Shown here: piece by piece, positions 36,657-49,281 of the stretch
How positions within the stretch are numbered: the first letter of the stretch is position 1
Layout of the letters: every line of letters starts with the position of its first letter
Assembly: GCA_010015585.1 (NCBI GenBank)
Contig: ML975184.1
Direction: 5' to 3' (one strand)
DNA from: Eremomyces bilateralis CBS 781.70
Taxonomy: Eukaryota
DNA length: 64,000 nucleotides
The notes under the pieces: generated by a model
Told to the model about the DNA's origin: nothing
Databases searched by the model: none
The model's input: the letters and a program-made list of their open reading frames with translations, nothing else
Translations under genes and position numbers: made by a program

Positions 36657-38490
36657 GGTCAGCTGATATCTCGACCGTCCACCCCCCATTCCGCCCACCC
36701 AAAATCGGTATCACATCAGTCGCTTTATTGCTTCATCTAGTTGAATCCATACGTTTTTTGGTGGTCTAAAGTTGAAAATTATAAAGACACGACTGGAAAT
36801 AAGCCTCAGTGCTTTTGGCCTCCCCCCCTGCGATGTATTGGTGATCTTCTGCCCGTTTTTCCTCCTCGGCAGCCTCCTTCTCGGCCTGTTCTTTTTCAGC
36901 AAAAATTCGGTCGGCATTCGCATATTTCTCGTTCTGATCGACAGTGATCTTCTTCTGTTTCTTCCGCAGCAGGTCGCCCATATCTTTAATTGTTCTGCTA
37001 AGGCGTTGAACTTCCGCCTTGTGCGAGGCGATTACGGTGTTCTTTTTGCCAAGCGACTTTGCAACCTTGCGCTGGAAACCCCTCCGACCCCTTGCCGTCA
37101 AATCATCCATTTTTGTATCCCATACTTGACTAGGACCATCCGGAGTATGTGATCTACATGTATCAGGCGGCTCCGGTGTAGTTTCAGGGAAAAATATATG
37201 GTTCTCGTTCAATTGGGTAGAGGCCAAGATCTTGTGCTTGTTGAACGGAAACAGACCAGTGCCACGGAACCCCGCCCGTATATTTTCGGCTGACAAGCCT
37301 TCAGGGCGCGCCTTACTATAGATCTCAATGAATCTATGCTTTTTTACAGGCGTATTATCATCAAGCGAACTTAGGAGACGTAGTTCGCGGCGGTATTTCG
37401 ACTTCAAAGGCGAAAAGCACGCGATATCGAGGGGTTGCAAGATATGCGAGCAATGAGAGGGGAGATATAGGAGGAAAACCTTATGGTCTTTACACAGCTT
37501 CATGATCTCAATCGTTGCATGTGACCCATGGCCATCGCAGACTAAGAGGCGCCATTCGTTCTTGTCTTCAGGGGCTGTTTCCGGCAGGAATTTCCTACGG
37601 AGCCAGTTAAGCCCGATTTCGTTGGACGTCCAGGCGTTTTCAGATACTGTGAAGTGCCAATTCCGCCACCCATAAATATGGGCCGGAAACCATGTAGTCT
37701 GCAGGCTGTAACCTTTGAAGATTACAAGTGGTGAGATCGATCTACCGTCTGCAGAAATCGCTTCGATCAGGGAGACCCATTCCCGGCCGCCGGGGGTCTT
37801 AACGTACGTATGGCCCTTCAAATTCTTCTTGCGCGCTGCGACCACTTTCCCATTGGTGCCCATACCGAACATTATCCCATGTTCGTCGAAATTCCAGCGG
37901 TTGCAGGGCTTGATCTTGTAGGTCGTGCAGATATGCCTGTACAGGTCGAGAAAACTAGAAATAGCTTCTTTTGTTGCTCCATTTGCCCGTGAGGCCTCTA
38001 GAGCCTTCCCCACCATAATTACTAGTCACCTGGGGGTTCCGGCGCAAAAAGCCCTGGACCCAATGCTTCCCGCAAGGTTTGTTGTCGCCATTTTCTCGCG
38101 CAATACATTCCGCCATTTGGGTAACGCGGAGATAGGAAGGGGCTCAATTAACGGAATCTTCGGCGACGATCCATTCGACCAGATCCCGTTCTTGATTAGG
38201 TGAGAGTTTCTGCCGAATCTGCAATGTTTCTTTGTGTGAAGGTGTGCCGTCAAGTCGGCCTCGAATCGTGCTCCTTGGAATCTGATAAGCGGTCGAAGCG
38301 GCACGGACAGAAGGATATTTTCCGGTTTTAATATCACCTAGCGCATTTTCCAGCGCTTCCTCTGTATACTTTGGCATTTGTATGAGAAATTGGTAATGAA
38401 ATAGAGTTGATATTGTAGTAAAGAAAATATTACCCGGCATATTTTGAAGTGGGCGGGATCGGGGGTGGGCGGTTAGGGGGTCAGCTGACC
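36657..38490 (-). mobile_element. Fot1/pogo-family DNA transposon (1834 bp) with imperfect ~50-bp TIRs and TA TSD
   Basis: Left end TA|GGTCAGCTGAtatctcgaccgtccacccccc...aaaat. Right end (reverse complement) TA|GGTCAGCTGAccccctaaccgcccaccccc...aaaat. Confidence 0.92.
36766..38377 (-). pseudogene. Disrupted Fot1-type transposase (HTH domains plus DDE_1, DD35D)
   Basis: MPKYTEEALENAL...SVRAASTAYQIPRSTI (HTH) and NFDE/CDGH/QPLD catalytic motifs. In-frame TGA at 38144-38146 and a frameshift at about 38016-38021. Confidence 0.9.
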
Positions 38491-38633
38491 TATCACTGCA
38501 TCCAATCAAGGAAGTCCATCCCTCAGCTACAAATCGGTAATACGTTGGGTATCTAACTTAGTTATACGGAACTCTAACTAGCGGCAGCATCCTCCTCGAC
38601 CCATCCCCTCAGCCATGGCATGACCACGTTCTA

Positions 38634-41600
38634 TTAGAAAAATGCTCTTTCCACTTCTCGTACTCCCCTCATAGCAGCAGCAACATGCCACGGAATCAGT
38701 CCGGACTGCGTCCCTTGCAACCCTCGAAGCTTTCCGAGGAGCCCTAACCCTCGATACAGCACCAACAGATCCTTCAACGTGGTATCCACGTACGCCAGGG
38801 GCGTCGGCAAACCCCCAGGCGATCCATCATTCATCGAGTTACTACTACCACCACCCGAGTTATTATTCCCACTCCCTCCCTGCGTCGTGTGCCCAACTTG
38901 CCATATCCAGACCAGATTCACCGCGACGCACGGGAACTCGTCGCCACCGTCGTCGTCAGCGTAGGAGGACAACTGGTCGCTACCTGCCAGTTTCCCGCGT
39001 TTCACGAGTAGTCCGCTCGCGAGACACGGGCGACATTCCGTGATGCTGTGGGCGTTGCGCAACCGGCGGTTGAGCATGATGCCCCAGGTTTCGTCGCACG
39101 CGTCGATGAGGTGCGCGTCGGGATCGGCCGATGCTTCGAGTGTGAGGTCGCTCGGCGTTGCGGCAGGTGTGGGTGCGTGGGTGTCCGGAGACGGGCCAGC
39201 TTGAGGGGTGGAGACAGGGGTTCCAGTTGCACCGGCAGCGGTGCTCTCTGGAGGGGTGATGGAGAGGTATGGAGAGGCATCGACGGTCACGAGCGTGACC
39301 AATACTTGGAGATGGGATGGTACGAAATGGAACGACCGCCATGCTGGAGATGTGTCAGCTCGACTAGTATCGTTTATGGGTTGATGCTTGCGTAGGTGAC
39401 TGAGCTTACCTTCTGACTCGTCTTGCTCCATCACTCCCGAACGTGCGATGCACAACCGCCAGTTCGACCTCCGAGCGGGTAAGAAGTCTAGAGTCGTCTC
39501 CCATATCTCGCGGATCACTTCAACGATCGGTCGATACTTGTAGAGACAGTAAGAAGCCGTGGTGTGATATTTCCCGGTGTTGTCGGTCCAGACTGCAGTC
39601 ACCCAATTTCCATCCTGACTTTTACTGTATCCGACATGAAGATGCATGTTGTCGTGGAGCAGATCCGTCGGTGGCTCCTTGTCCACCTTGAAAGGAATCT
39701 GTTTCGCGAGTCGCTCTTCAAAATGGATCGAGGGCGCCGAGTAGATTGGAAGATCGAGCTTTTGCTTCCCGTCTTTTCTCGGTGGACATCGATCGTACAC
39801 CTCACGAGCGAGCTTGTAACAAAGGTCTGCATCTGTTGCTGCGGACACTGCGAATCGCGACACCACCTCCAATGGGACGACCTGCAGAACAATATCCGGA
39901 CAGGCGGGCATGGTACGTATAAACGCATTCTTGCGATACTGTTGGAAGAGCGCCCAGAATGAGGAGCAGATCTGACGGAGCGATGAGGTGGTTCCAAAGG
40001 GATCAACGATATAGATCACATAATTGTCCGGCTGGCCTGAGTCGTTGATATTCGATGCGCCCTTTTCTGTTCTCACGGGTAGCTCAGTCGCAGTTCTTGC
40101 CAAACTGTTGCCCAACTGGATGCATATGTCTGGTAGCATCTGCCCATCCGATGATCTTCTGTCAAGACTGTACGGGATGAGCCCGACGGGCTCGAATTGC
40201 GTCGACCTTCCTTTCGAATGTATTCCGAGTTTGAGTGTCTCGTATCCTGCCCCGATGCTATCGATGAAGTTTTCGACAGATTCCGCGACTGAATCCGAGC
40301 CCGATTTTGAGGAGGGGTAAACACAGTGGACGGCTAGGTTTTTCGCCCCACCAGGAGGTGCAAGGCCCAGTGCTTCCCAGAATGACAGAGAGGTTGGCAA
40401 TAAGTCCCATAACGCATCGCATCGTCGCATCCGTACCTGTGGTGGAGGAATAGGGAATACGAGTCCAGATGTATCAATATTCGTGTCCGGCGTATGAATA
40501 GCAGCTCCAGGTGTCCTTTTCACGTGGTTTTTCATATTCGCCAAGCATCCAATCCCAGGGAAGACATCTTGGATCTGGAGATATCTTTGGAAATCGCATG
40601 GCCGACTGGAAGGAAACATGGCATTAACGGAACTTCGAAAGGCGTTCAGGAAGGATTTGTTCGGGGATTTCGATATCCGCCCGGATGGATCGGAACCGGA
40701 TGGTGCCTGAGAAGCACGCATTGAGCTAAACATGTGCTGGCTCGCAATGATCTGGGCTATCGCAATCGTATCTTCGGGGGTGGGGGACTTCTCGTCGTAC
40801 AAAGTAGCAGAACTGCGGGCTTCGGGGTCGGAGGCAGGCAATAAAGGACGGGAGTTCGGATCGACCATGAAGTATTCCGATGCTTTCGTCATTTCATCGG
40901 GAACTGATACACCAGGCGCGCCGGTTTGCGTGGTCGGTGGTTCATTCGAGCTCCCAGGAGTCGCACCGGCTTCACGGTCAACCCCGACGAACTTCCTTTT
41001 GGTACCACGCGGCGGGTCTTCCGTATTTGACCCAAAGAATAACGGCTGGACTTCCGTTACAGTGCGGGCGTCGTCGACATCCGGCGAAGAGCCTTCTGTA
41101 TCGTTCGACTCGTCCGTGGTATCTGGGCTCTCCCACCGCGCTCCCCGTTCGCGCAGCTCCTGCAATTCAACTGCAAGAGGGGGAAAATGCGAAGCAGCCA
41201 TGGCCACCGAAGGATTTCGCGAGGAACTGGTAAAAGCAAACCGCCCATTCATGTTGTATTTGGAATCGGCGGAAAGAAAATCGCTGCTGAAGATGACCGC
41301 TTCAAACGGATTGTCCCGCTTGATGGATGACGCAAAAGGGGATGCAGTGCTCGTTGTGGCATCTTCGACCTCGTGAGGGAACAGCTTGCGCTTGACGAGT
41401 TCAGGGCTCAGTAGAAGCATCTTATTCTCCTTAGAATCCGAATCGGCATGATGATGGTGCGTTTCGATCTCCAATGTGGGATTTGGCCGTGAAAATTCAA
41501 CGGTCGGCGACTCTACGTCACCAGCACTGGTTTCCTCATGCTCTTTCGTATCTGACTTTGACTCGATAGGTAGCGTAACGATGTTATCGATCTGGGTGGC

Positions 41601-43295
41601 TTCCTGTTCATCCGCATCCGGCTTTGCTGAAATATCAGGCATGTCCATCTCGTCGGTAGATTCAGGAATATCAGCCACCGGATCGACATCGGGTTCGTCG
41701 AAAAAACTGAAATCCGCTTCCGTAAGGTCGTTATTCACAAACTCATCGTCATCATCGCCGGCAAACGGTTCAATATTCGAATCCGTGCCTGATGTAGTAA
41801 GATTCTCACGCACAGCACCGGGGCCCGTCGAGAGGACCTCTTCCGGCCGAGCAAACGGCTCGGTCAACGAAGGGTATCCGATCAGGTCCGACGCATGATT
41901 AGATGAATCATTCGCTAGGCCTTGAGGGGCGTGTGCTAAGACAGCATCTGGTGGTGTTGGGTATATACCCGTGGTTCCCGGTGCATCGAACATGGTTCCA
42001 TGTCTCATGTTGAACGGTGAAGATGCATCCAACATGCTCACATCCGCGTCAACCGGCACCTCAGATTCTTCTTCCACTTTTGCGCTTCGGAGGGCTTTAA
42101 TGGCTACATCACGAGCGTCTTTTTGACTTGCCCATTCCTGAGCCTCGTTCAGAACCTCAGATAGCCCATGTGTTCCAAACGCACCGTGGAACGTCAGGGG
42201 CGTGGTCGTCTCAGTCTGATCTTCCTGAGTTCCGGTGGTGTTCGTGTCGAGTGTATCTAGTGCACTTAAGTCACGAGCTCGCCGAGGAGCGAAGCACAAG
42301 CGGGCTGGCCACCACACAGCTCTTGGGTTTCTGGCCCGCCCGCTTCTACCCACTCGTACCCATTGCTCGGGGTCGTCAAGTCCCTCGATCTCAATTCCGT
42401 TGCTCCGTAACCATCTCTGTACCACTGCCTTCCAGCGTTCAGCTCCTCCCCCTTCGTCTGATGTGTATGCTCGCGTAGGATCGTACCGCGCTTCTACTCC
42501 AACAGGAGCGATACGAATCTTGCCACTATAAGTTGAGCCAATCATAGGATCCTGGATCGGCCGCCAACTTCTATTCGAGAGTGGTTTGAATGATATAGAT
42601 AGTGTCCCCGTGTTCGTGAGGTTGGCATCGAGAGCAACGGCGAGAAACCCGGCTCTGCCCGGGCTGGGGGTGGACCTGTTTTCTATTATAGGCTCTGGCA
42701 TGAGGAGTGTGCGGAAATTGAGCGAGATCGCACGATGATCGCGACAGAGGATGTATGTAACCGTCCATATCACTGCGGAGAGAAATGCGGCGTAGACTCT
42801 CGGGGTCTCGAGTTGCGGCCGCTCTGCTGGAGATGCATCTCCCGTCCCGGATTGTCGTGGCGCATTGGCATGCGAAGGCGCCGGGCGCTTCTTCAGGAGT
42901 TCGGATGCGCATAAGAGCCCGCTTGAGATTGCCTGAAACGTATAGCCGTCCGACGTCGGCGGAGCGGGTGTGTAGGTCCCCTTGTCTATTGTTTGATCGG
43001 GTCGCTTAGGAAGAGACTTTCCGAACACCCATACTACCCGCAGCTGGCTATTCGGCAAGGCCACATCTCCACGGTCGATTACCGATGTAGCAGCGTCGAG
43101 GCAAGCGATGACTTGGTCGGAGTTCAAAGGCGCGCGGCGAGGGAGGGATGGATTGCTGCTCGGGATTCCGTAGATACAATAGGGAACGCAAGCACAACCA
43201 TCCTACACGAAGTCAGCATGGTATTTATCGTACTAGACACGCCATCAACATACTATTGACTGGGTACCAGTGTCATAGTGGAGAATCTGGTCCAT
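38634..43295 (-). CDS. MED13: Mediator kinase-module subunit Med13 (Ssn2/Srb9)
   Basis: GIYPTPPD, LTEADFSFFDEPD, FWEALGLAP, LHVGYSKSQDGNWVTAVWTD and IPWHVAA motifs. Probable introns 43203-43253 and 39344-39409. Confidence 0.92.
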
Positions 43296-43708
43296 TCCTT
43301 GAAGTTCATGAAGCGCTGGACGAAAGTATTGGATATGAATTCCACATGATAAGCACAGCCATATAGACAATGTATAGGCATCAACACCGGCTCCAGAGAA
43401 GAGTTTTGCGAAACCGAAAGAGTTGATTATGTAGCACGAATGGTGAAGAATGCACGTAAGCAATTCTGTACGGCATACAAGTTGTTGGTTAGCGATTCAA
43501 TGTTGCGATCGCGAAGTCACGACTCGACGATGCACAGTGACCACCGGAGAGACGGGGCCCGGGACACCGGGAACATTGCGCCACTGTCGGCATCCAGTTG
43601 CCGAAAGTCAAATTCGGGCCGAGAAAGCATCTGGGGAAGCCGGCTTACTGTGTTAGGTACGGAACACTCGTAAGTCGTAACTAAGTTAACTTAGTCATTC
43701 TTAATTTA

Positions 43709-43946
43709 ACGTACTCTACATGCGAGTGGTCAATACAAGCGAGTGCCAGCCCCAGCCAAACCAAACCATTTCAATTAAAGATATCTCTACAACGCCCTAA
43801 TTATATGAAACTCCGATAGAAAAACATTGATCTGTAGTAACTAGACGACCTAAAGAACATGTTTCAGCCCGATTTTGTGGCTCACGGGTGTTTCATGGTT
43901 AGGTTTGACTGCTCGCTTGTACTGACCACTCGCTTGTGGAGTACGT
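43709..43946. mobile_element. MITE (238 bp) with ACGT-ended Fot1/Pot-type TIRs and TA TSD
   Basis: TA|ACGTACTCTACATGCGAGTGGTCAATACAAGCGAG ... CTCGCTTGTACTGACCACTCGCTTGTGGAGTACGT|TA. The ~35-bp TIR contains an internal ACAAGCGAG repeat, and there is no ORF. Confidence 0.92.
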
Positions 43947-45976
43947 TACTACTAACTTAGTGTCGCACGTGATGTGCTAAAATGGTTGGGAGTGAGGTGC
44001 TGTTGTTACAGCAGCGAAGTTGTTTGTATTATGTGTTGTGTGTAAGTTGTGTGTTCTAGCTGAATGCCTGGTCCCCCAGCCCTACAGATATACGAGAGTC
44101 ACGGCAAGATTATTAATGCAGTTTGTAGCCTTGGACTCCTAGAGGCTAGAGCTCATGCCTTGGCCTGCGACACTTAGTTATGTATGTTTCCTGCTTACCT
44201 ACTCTTTCAACAGTACTCCTTGTGTGATCCCGTGTTCCATATTCCTATTAGTATTGTTCCTACAGTAGGAAGAGGACTTGATCCTCTTTTGCGCCCAACT
44301 CATGTCTTTTTCCCATCCTTCTTAGTACATCGTGTTTGAAGACATATATGCATATGGGTATTTGAGCCTATGTCGTTTCCGTTACGTTCTTCGCACGCGC
44401 TTTTTCGATCATTCCTACAGTCAGCGAGGGTTGTTTTTTTATGAACAGAACAAGTACGATCCGTGGAAGTGCTTCACGGCCAAATACCGCTTCTTGCCTT
44501 CAACAGTTGCGTTAGATGACTCGGACGTGTAACCGGATGATAGGAATTTATTCTCGTAATACGGTCCAAGACAGTCCTGCAATGTGCGTTCAAAAATGAC
44601 TGACTATTCCTGCTGCCCACCTCGTGGCCTGTATGATTCCAAGCCCCTCTAGGCTTCTAATTTCCTGCCCTAGTCTAATTCTCTGCCCGATCAATATACT
44701 ATTTCGATTCAGCATCACAGTCAATCATGGTTTAGTCCCAGTCCGCAGAGTTTGAAATAATTGAAGATTGATACTTGTCATCCTATGAAGGCTTGCTCTG
44801 GAGAACTAATCAGGAAACCGTGGAAGGATCACACACAATTGTATTGCAACCATTCTCGTGGATATTCTCCGGCACTGGTACCAAAAGTCATGTCTTCCGG
44901 TTATACTAAATTGAGTTCGGGCAAACCATGGAATTGCTATCCATTTTCATCAGTTTCACGGTTTCTAGGTCGGATGTGAATAAACACATAGTCAAGAACT
45001 AAGTTTGGTGGAGTTGGATATGTACTTGGCAAGTCTGGGAGTCTAGGAGTCCGGTTGGATGCCATCTCAGAATCAGCTAAGAATGGTGTTGTAGGTGTCG
45101 AGTTGGGTGTTGAACACCGAGTGTGCCATGACTATCATCTGGCTTTATACCTGGATGGCAGCTTCACTCAGGGGCACCTATGACTGTACAAGTTGAATTT
45201 GACTGGTTATTGTTATCCTACATGACGCTTGCGGTTGAGAGAAGTAGTGAAGGAACAGTGGGAAGATCGCATACCCTCAATTGCAACCAACTATTGAGGA
45301 TTCTGCTTCGGAATACGAAATTATTTCTTTGTTGGAGCTGGGGGAATATATGCCACGGAGTGCCTTGTAGATTGTAGTACGAGTCATTCTTTACTATTGT
45401 CGTGGTTTTCGGGTCCGCATAAAAGAAACACGGTGTGAGCTGCTCAAACCCTCCCCGTTTCACTTACACGTGTCCCTTCGGATGCTAGGAGTAAAAGCTA
45501 GATGGTTGTGTTCTGAGTTCTTGACAGTGAGTTGTTGATATTGAGGCCTTATTGATGGAAAGCATTTCTACGCAGATAATGCCACAACCATCGCATTTAT
45601 ACTTATACTTCATGATCAACGAAGGGAGAGTTGACTGTCCTAGTAACGATATGACTTGGATAAGTGCAGTTGGACATTGACACAGAACTGCTCAGAACCT
45701 TCAATGAGACCGCTCACGAATAGTTCGGCAGTTGTACTTGGAAATGCCAGTACATTTTCCATCACAGCAGACATGAGACTTGCAAGTTCGTTAAATCTTA
45801 GTTATCATATTTAAAAGTTACCTGCACTTCAAGATCCTATACACATATTTGGCAACTGAATAATTTCCGGCACACAGTGCTGGTGTATCCCGGGGAATGG
45901 AATCCTCCCTGGTCATCCGACCTGGAATTGCGGTCCCAGCACCGGTTGACAGATTAGCTATATCGTCCCCCACTAT

Positions 45977-47122
45977 TTATGCCCCATGCGAATGACCAGA
46001 AGCCTCTCCGGCGTGGGTGTGACCACCAGTCGCTTCGCCAGATGAGCCAGATGCTCCCGAGGAGCCAGAGGTCGATGTGCTGGAGGAGACCGGAAGGATA
46101 GAGAACCTGGGTTCTTCGGCCCCAACAGACGGGGTGGAAGGAGTGGGGCTTGTAGAATTCGACGGTCCTCCCGGGAGAAGGCTGCAGTTGGGTCCGCTCG
46201 CAGAATCCGGGACGCTGGGTCCCCTGCTTCCCGTGCTGATTGTCGTGGCGCTGGATACGCCCGACGGAGATGCCGCCGAGCCACTATCGCTGCCGGCACC
46301 GCTTGCACTACCAGCGCCGCCGAGGAGGCCAGAAAGTCCGGGCAACGGGCTGCCCTCTCCGCTTCCACCGCTGGCACCACCAAGAAGACCAGCAAGGCCA
46401 GACGACTCGCCGCTCTCTCCACTTCCGCTGCTGGCACCACCGGGGAGACCGGAAAGCCCAGACAATGGGCTGTCCTCACCACTTTCGCCGCTGGCGCCAC
46501 CGGCACCACCTAGGAGACCAGCAAGTCCGGACAATGGGCTGTCCTCACCACTTTCGCCGCTGGCGCTACCGGCACCACCTAAGAGACCAGCAAGTCCGGA
46601 CAACGGACTGTCTTCCCCACTTTCGCCGCTGGCACCACCGGCACCACCTAGGAGACCAGCCAGTCCGGACAACGGGCTGTCCTCCCCGCTCCCACCGCTG
46701 GCACCACCGGCACCACCTAGAAGACCAGCCAGTCCGGACAACGGGCTGTCCTCTCCGCCTTCACCGCCAAGCAACGCGGACAGATCAGGGAGGCCTCCCT
46801 CGGTGCTATTAGACCCTGGGGAACCGGGCTTGCCGGGCCTACCGGGCTTGAAGCCACCAGGTCGGGTATGATTGTGGCCGTGGCTGGAGTTCCTTCCTCC
46901 GTGAAGTTTCTCTAGGAGATCCTTAATATCATGGCCTTCGCCTCCCTCTCGGAGTTTGCCTAACAAGGAGAAAATAGCTTTTAGAAGAGGGGGAAGCGGA
47001 GGGCCGACGGAGAAGCCTGGATCGACGCCCGCAGCTGGATCAGGAGTTGGGGTATCCTGCCGCACAGCCAGAGGCGCGGCGGAGGCCGTTGCTGCGAGAA
47101 GGAGTAGGGTGGAGGGTTTCAT
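45977..47122 (-). CDS. Secreted Gly/Ser-rich tandem-repeat protein
   Basis: Signal peptide MKPSTLLLLAATASA|APLAVR-Q, 23-aa repeats GEDSPLSGLAGLLGGAGGASGES, and a His-containing tail GGHTHAGEASGHSHGA. Confidence 0.85.
   Translation of the reverse strand: MKPSTLLLLAATASAAPLAVRQDTPTPDPAAGVDPGFSVGPPLPPLLKAIFSLLGKLREGGEGHDIKDLLEKLHGGRNSSHGHNHTRPGGFKPGRPGKPGSPGSNSTEGGLPDLSALLGGEGGEDSPLSGLAGLLGGAGGASGGSGEDSPLSGLAGLLGGAGGASGESGEDSPLSGLAGLLGGAGSASGESGEDSPLSGLAGLLGGAGGASGESGEDSPLSGLSGLPGGASSGSGESGESSGLAGLLGGASGGSGEGSPLPGLSGLLGGAGSASGAGSDSGSAASPSGVSSATTISTGSRGPSVPDSASGPNCSLLPGGPSNSTSPTPSTPSVGAEEPRFSILPVSSSTSTSGSSGASGSSGEATGGHTHAGEASGHSHGA
46290..46760 (-). repeat. 69-bp coding tandem repeat (about 4 good and 2 degenerate units)
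   Basis: agtccggacaa recurs at 46662 and 46731, a period of 69, and similarly upstream. Confidence 0.9.
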
Positions 47123-49281
47123 GGTGCGAATGAAGGAATGACTTTAACGATTGGACTAAGGAATAGGCAGAAAAGAACGGATACAGAAACAGCGACTGGA
47201 CCAGCGGTACTAACTAAACTGAATGGATGGCTTATGGAAAACGATAGAGGGAATGAGGCCAGAATTTATAGCGGTCGTAATTCTCGAACAACGTCATCTG
47301 CTATCCAAAAACGTGGATCTCGTGCACAACCAGTGATCGATCGGACGAAATACTAAAGGAAGATAAATTAAATGTCATGTATCTGTGAAGAGGATTTACG
47401 GGTCATGAGAGCAAATGCCTAGGGATGCGAATATCATCGCCATGCTGAGATGATTCGAAACAAAAGCGTACAGGATGAAAGTGTGTCAGAGCACAGCTGA
47501 ACCGTTGATCCGATCCTTCAATTGAACAAAACTGGATCGAGTCAATCAAACAACACAGGAACGTGGTGTACTAGGAGAGCTTGCCGTGAATACCGCATGG
47601 AGGCAATTGGTCGCTCCAGGAGGCTCATGCGGGTACCTGTTGGAGATATATTGTTCGCAGGGCCAAGTGGGTTTGCAATCTGGAGATATTACCGCACGCC
47701 ATCGGCAGGAGGGTCCCGAAAATAGATTAAAATTTAAACTGCAAAACTTCTTAGCATACGGCTCGGAGCCTCGTTCATGACGTATCGGAAAACACGAGAA
47801 TGTAAGAAAATGGTGAAGGTGGAAGCGTTTCATCTGGTTTCATCTGGTCTCGTTTGTGTGGGGCAGAAACTCTTTGTACTAGTGATCAAATCTTGAGATG
47901 AGAAATGGAAGGACTTTGCCAATCGACTTGAAGCTACTGGATTAAAATCTGCCTATAGCCTCGATAGATCTAAATTGACAAGACACCTTTGGCATTCGAG
48001 CAATTGTGCCTTGTCGAATTCTGCCGCCCGAGCGTATGATCCAGGAGTCTATCCATCAGGCAGGCTGGACAGAAGTAGGGAATCAATGGATCGTGTCCCG
48101 ATGAACATCTGTTTTCGGGACAGCGTAAAAACTGTCCGTTAGCATGACAGTGAAACTGGACAACCCCTTTTCAACTGCCTTCCTAATGGTCAGTCGCGCG
48201 TAGAATCCATGGACTCGAAAAGGTAATCTATCTCGGCTGGAAGCAATGGATGGTCCTCGATGGATGTCGATGGATGCGCCATTTGATGATGAAAATACAC
48301 AAGAGTACGTTTCCTTACCAATCATCCCCTAATACTACCAACTGGAACATGATAGTGGGCATGGATGATGGATTGAATTGACTGCAGCAGTCCAGATGTG
48401 AGGGAAGTGGGAACCGAGGGTTCACCGTTTTCTGGTTCTACGGGAAGCCCGAGCCGTTCCTCGAAACGACCCCAAAGCCGTTCCAACTAGCATGGGATGA
48501 GCCCACGGGGTCGCCATCGGCTAGTCGCCTTATGTTAGTCCTTACCTTTCGACTTCCATTGCCAAAGTCCCTGGGATTCGTCGCTTGACTTCAGCCACCC
48601 GTCCATCCACACGGCAGCTCCGATGATCGCACAAACACCTTGGACATGCAATTCGTCGGAGGTTCACCTTCATGCTGATGAACATCACGAGGATCAGCCA
48701 TTGTACGGACATGCAAGGGATAGGAGAAGAGGAGGAACGCAACGTCCTGGCCAGGACGGCGTTGAACCGGCGTCATTCGATGCCATTCATGCCATGGACT
48801 CGGCATGGAGCCATGGAGATGCTGCTCGTTCGGGCATTGGTCTAGCGGTATCTGCCGGGGTCGTGCGGATATTCTTAGTCGCCGGCGGGGCAGTGAAAGT
48901 TGATGTTCTGGACACTCGATGGCTTGCGACGAGAATCTTCTAAGTTTTGACTTCTGAGGATATGATCCCCAGTTCGTTGCTGAAGGGTGCCGTCCGGTCT
49001 TCATATTCGCCGTTATCTTCTTCTTTCTCGGTTGAGTCCATGGTCGTGTCTACATTGTGACAGAGTCTTTTGTATCCCCTCCGTGCTGTGATTCTGGTCC
49101 CAAGGGACATCCTTGCTCTTCTCGGACAGAGCGACAGAGTCGGATGCGGCTGAATGTCGAGATATCAAATCGTTGACCCCGTTGCGATCACCCACAGCCG
49201 TTGACAATCATTTAACTCCTCTACCTCTCGGGGATTTTCCACGACCGCATCTCTCATCTCCTCCGCATCACCACCATCACC

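Noticed and set aside
43681..43694. Palindrome CTAAGTTAACTTAG beside the MITE
   Set aside because: Too short and AT-rich to support a separate element.
46077..46871. 264-aa Pro-rich ORF on the + strand
   Set aside because: Antisense shadow of the Gly-rich repeat gene, which has the ATG and signal peptide.
47400..49200. Short ORFs upstream of the calpain gene
   Set aside because: No homologous motifs recognised and multiple stops in all frames.
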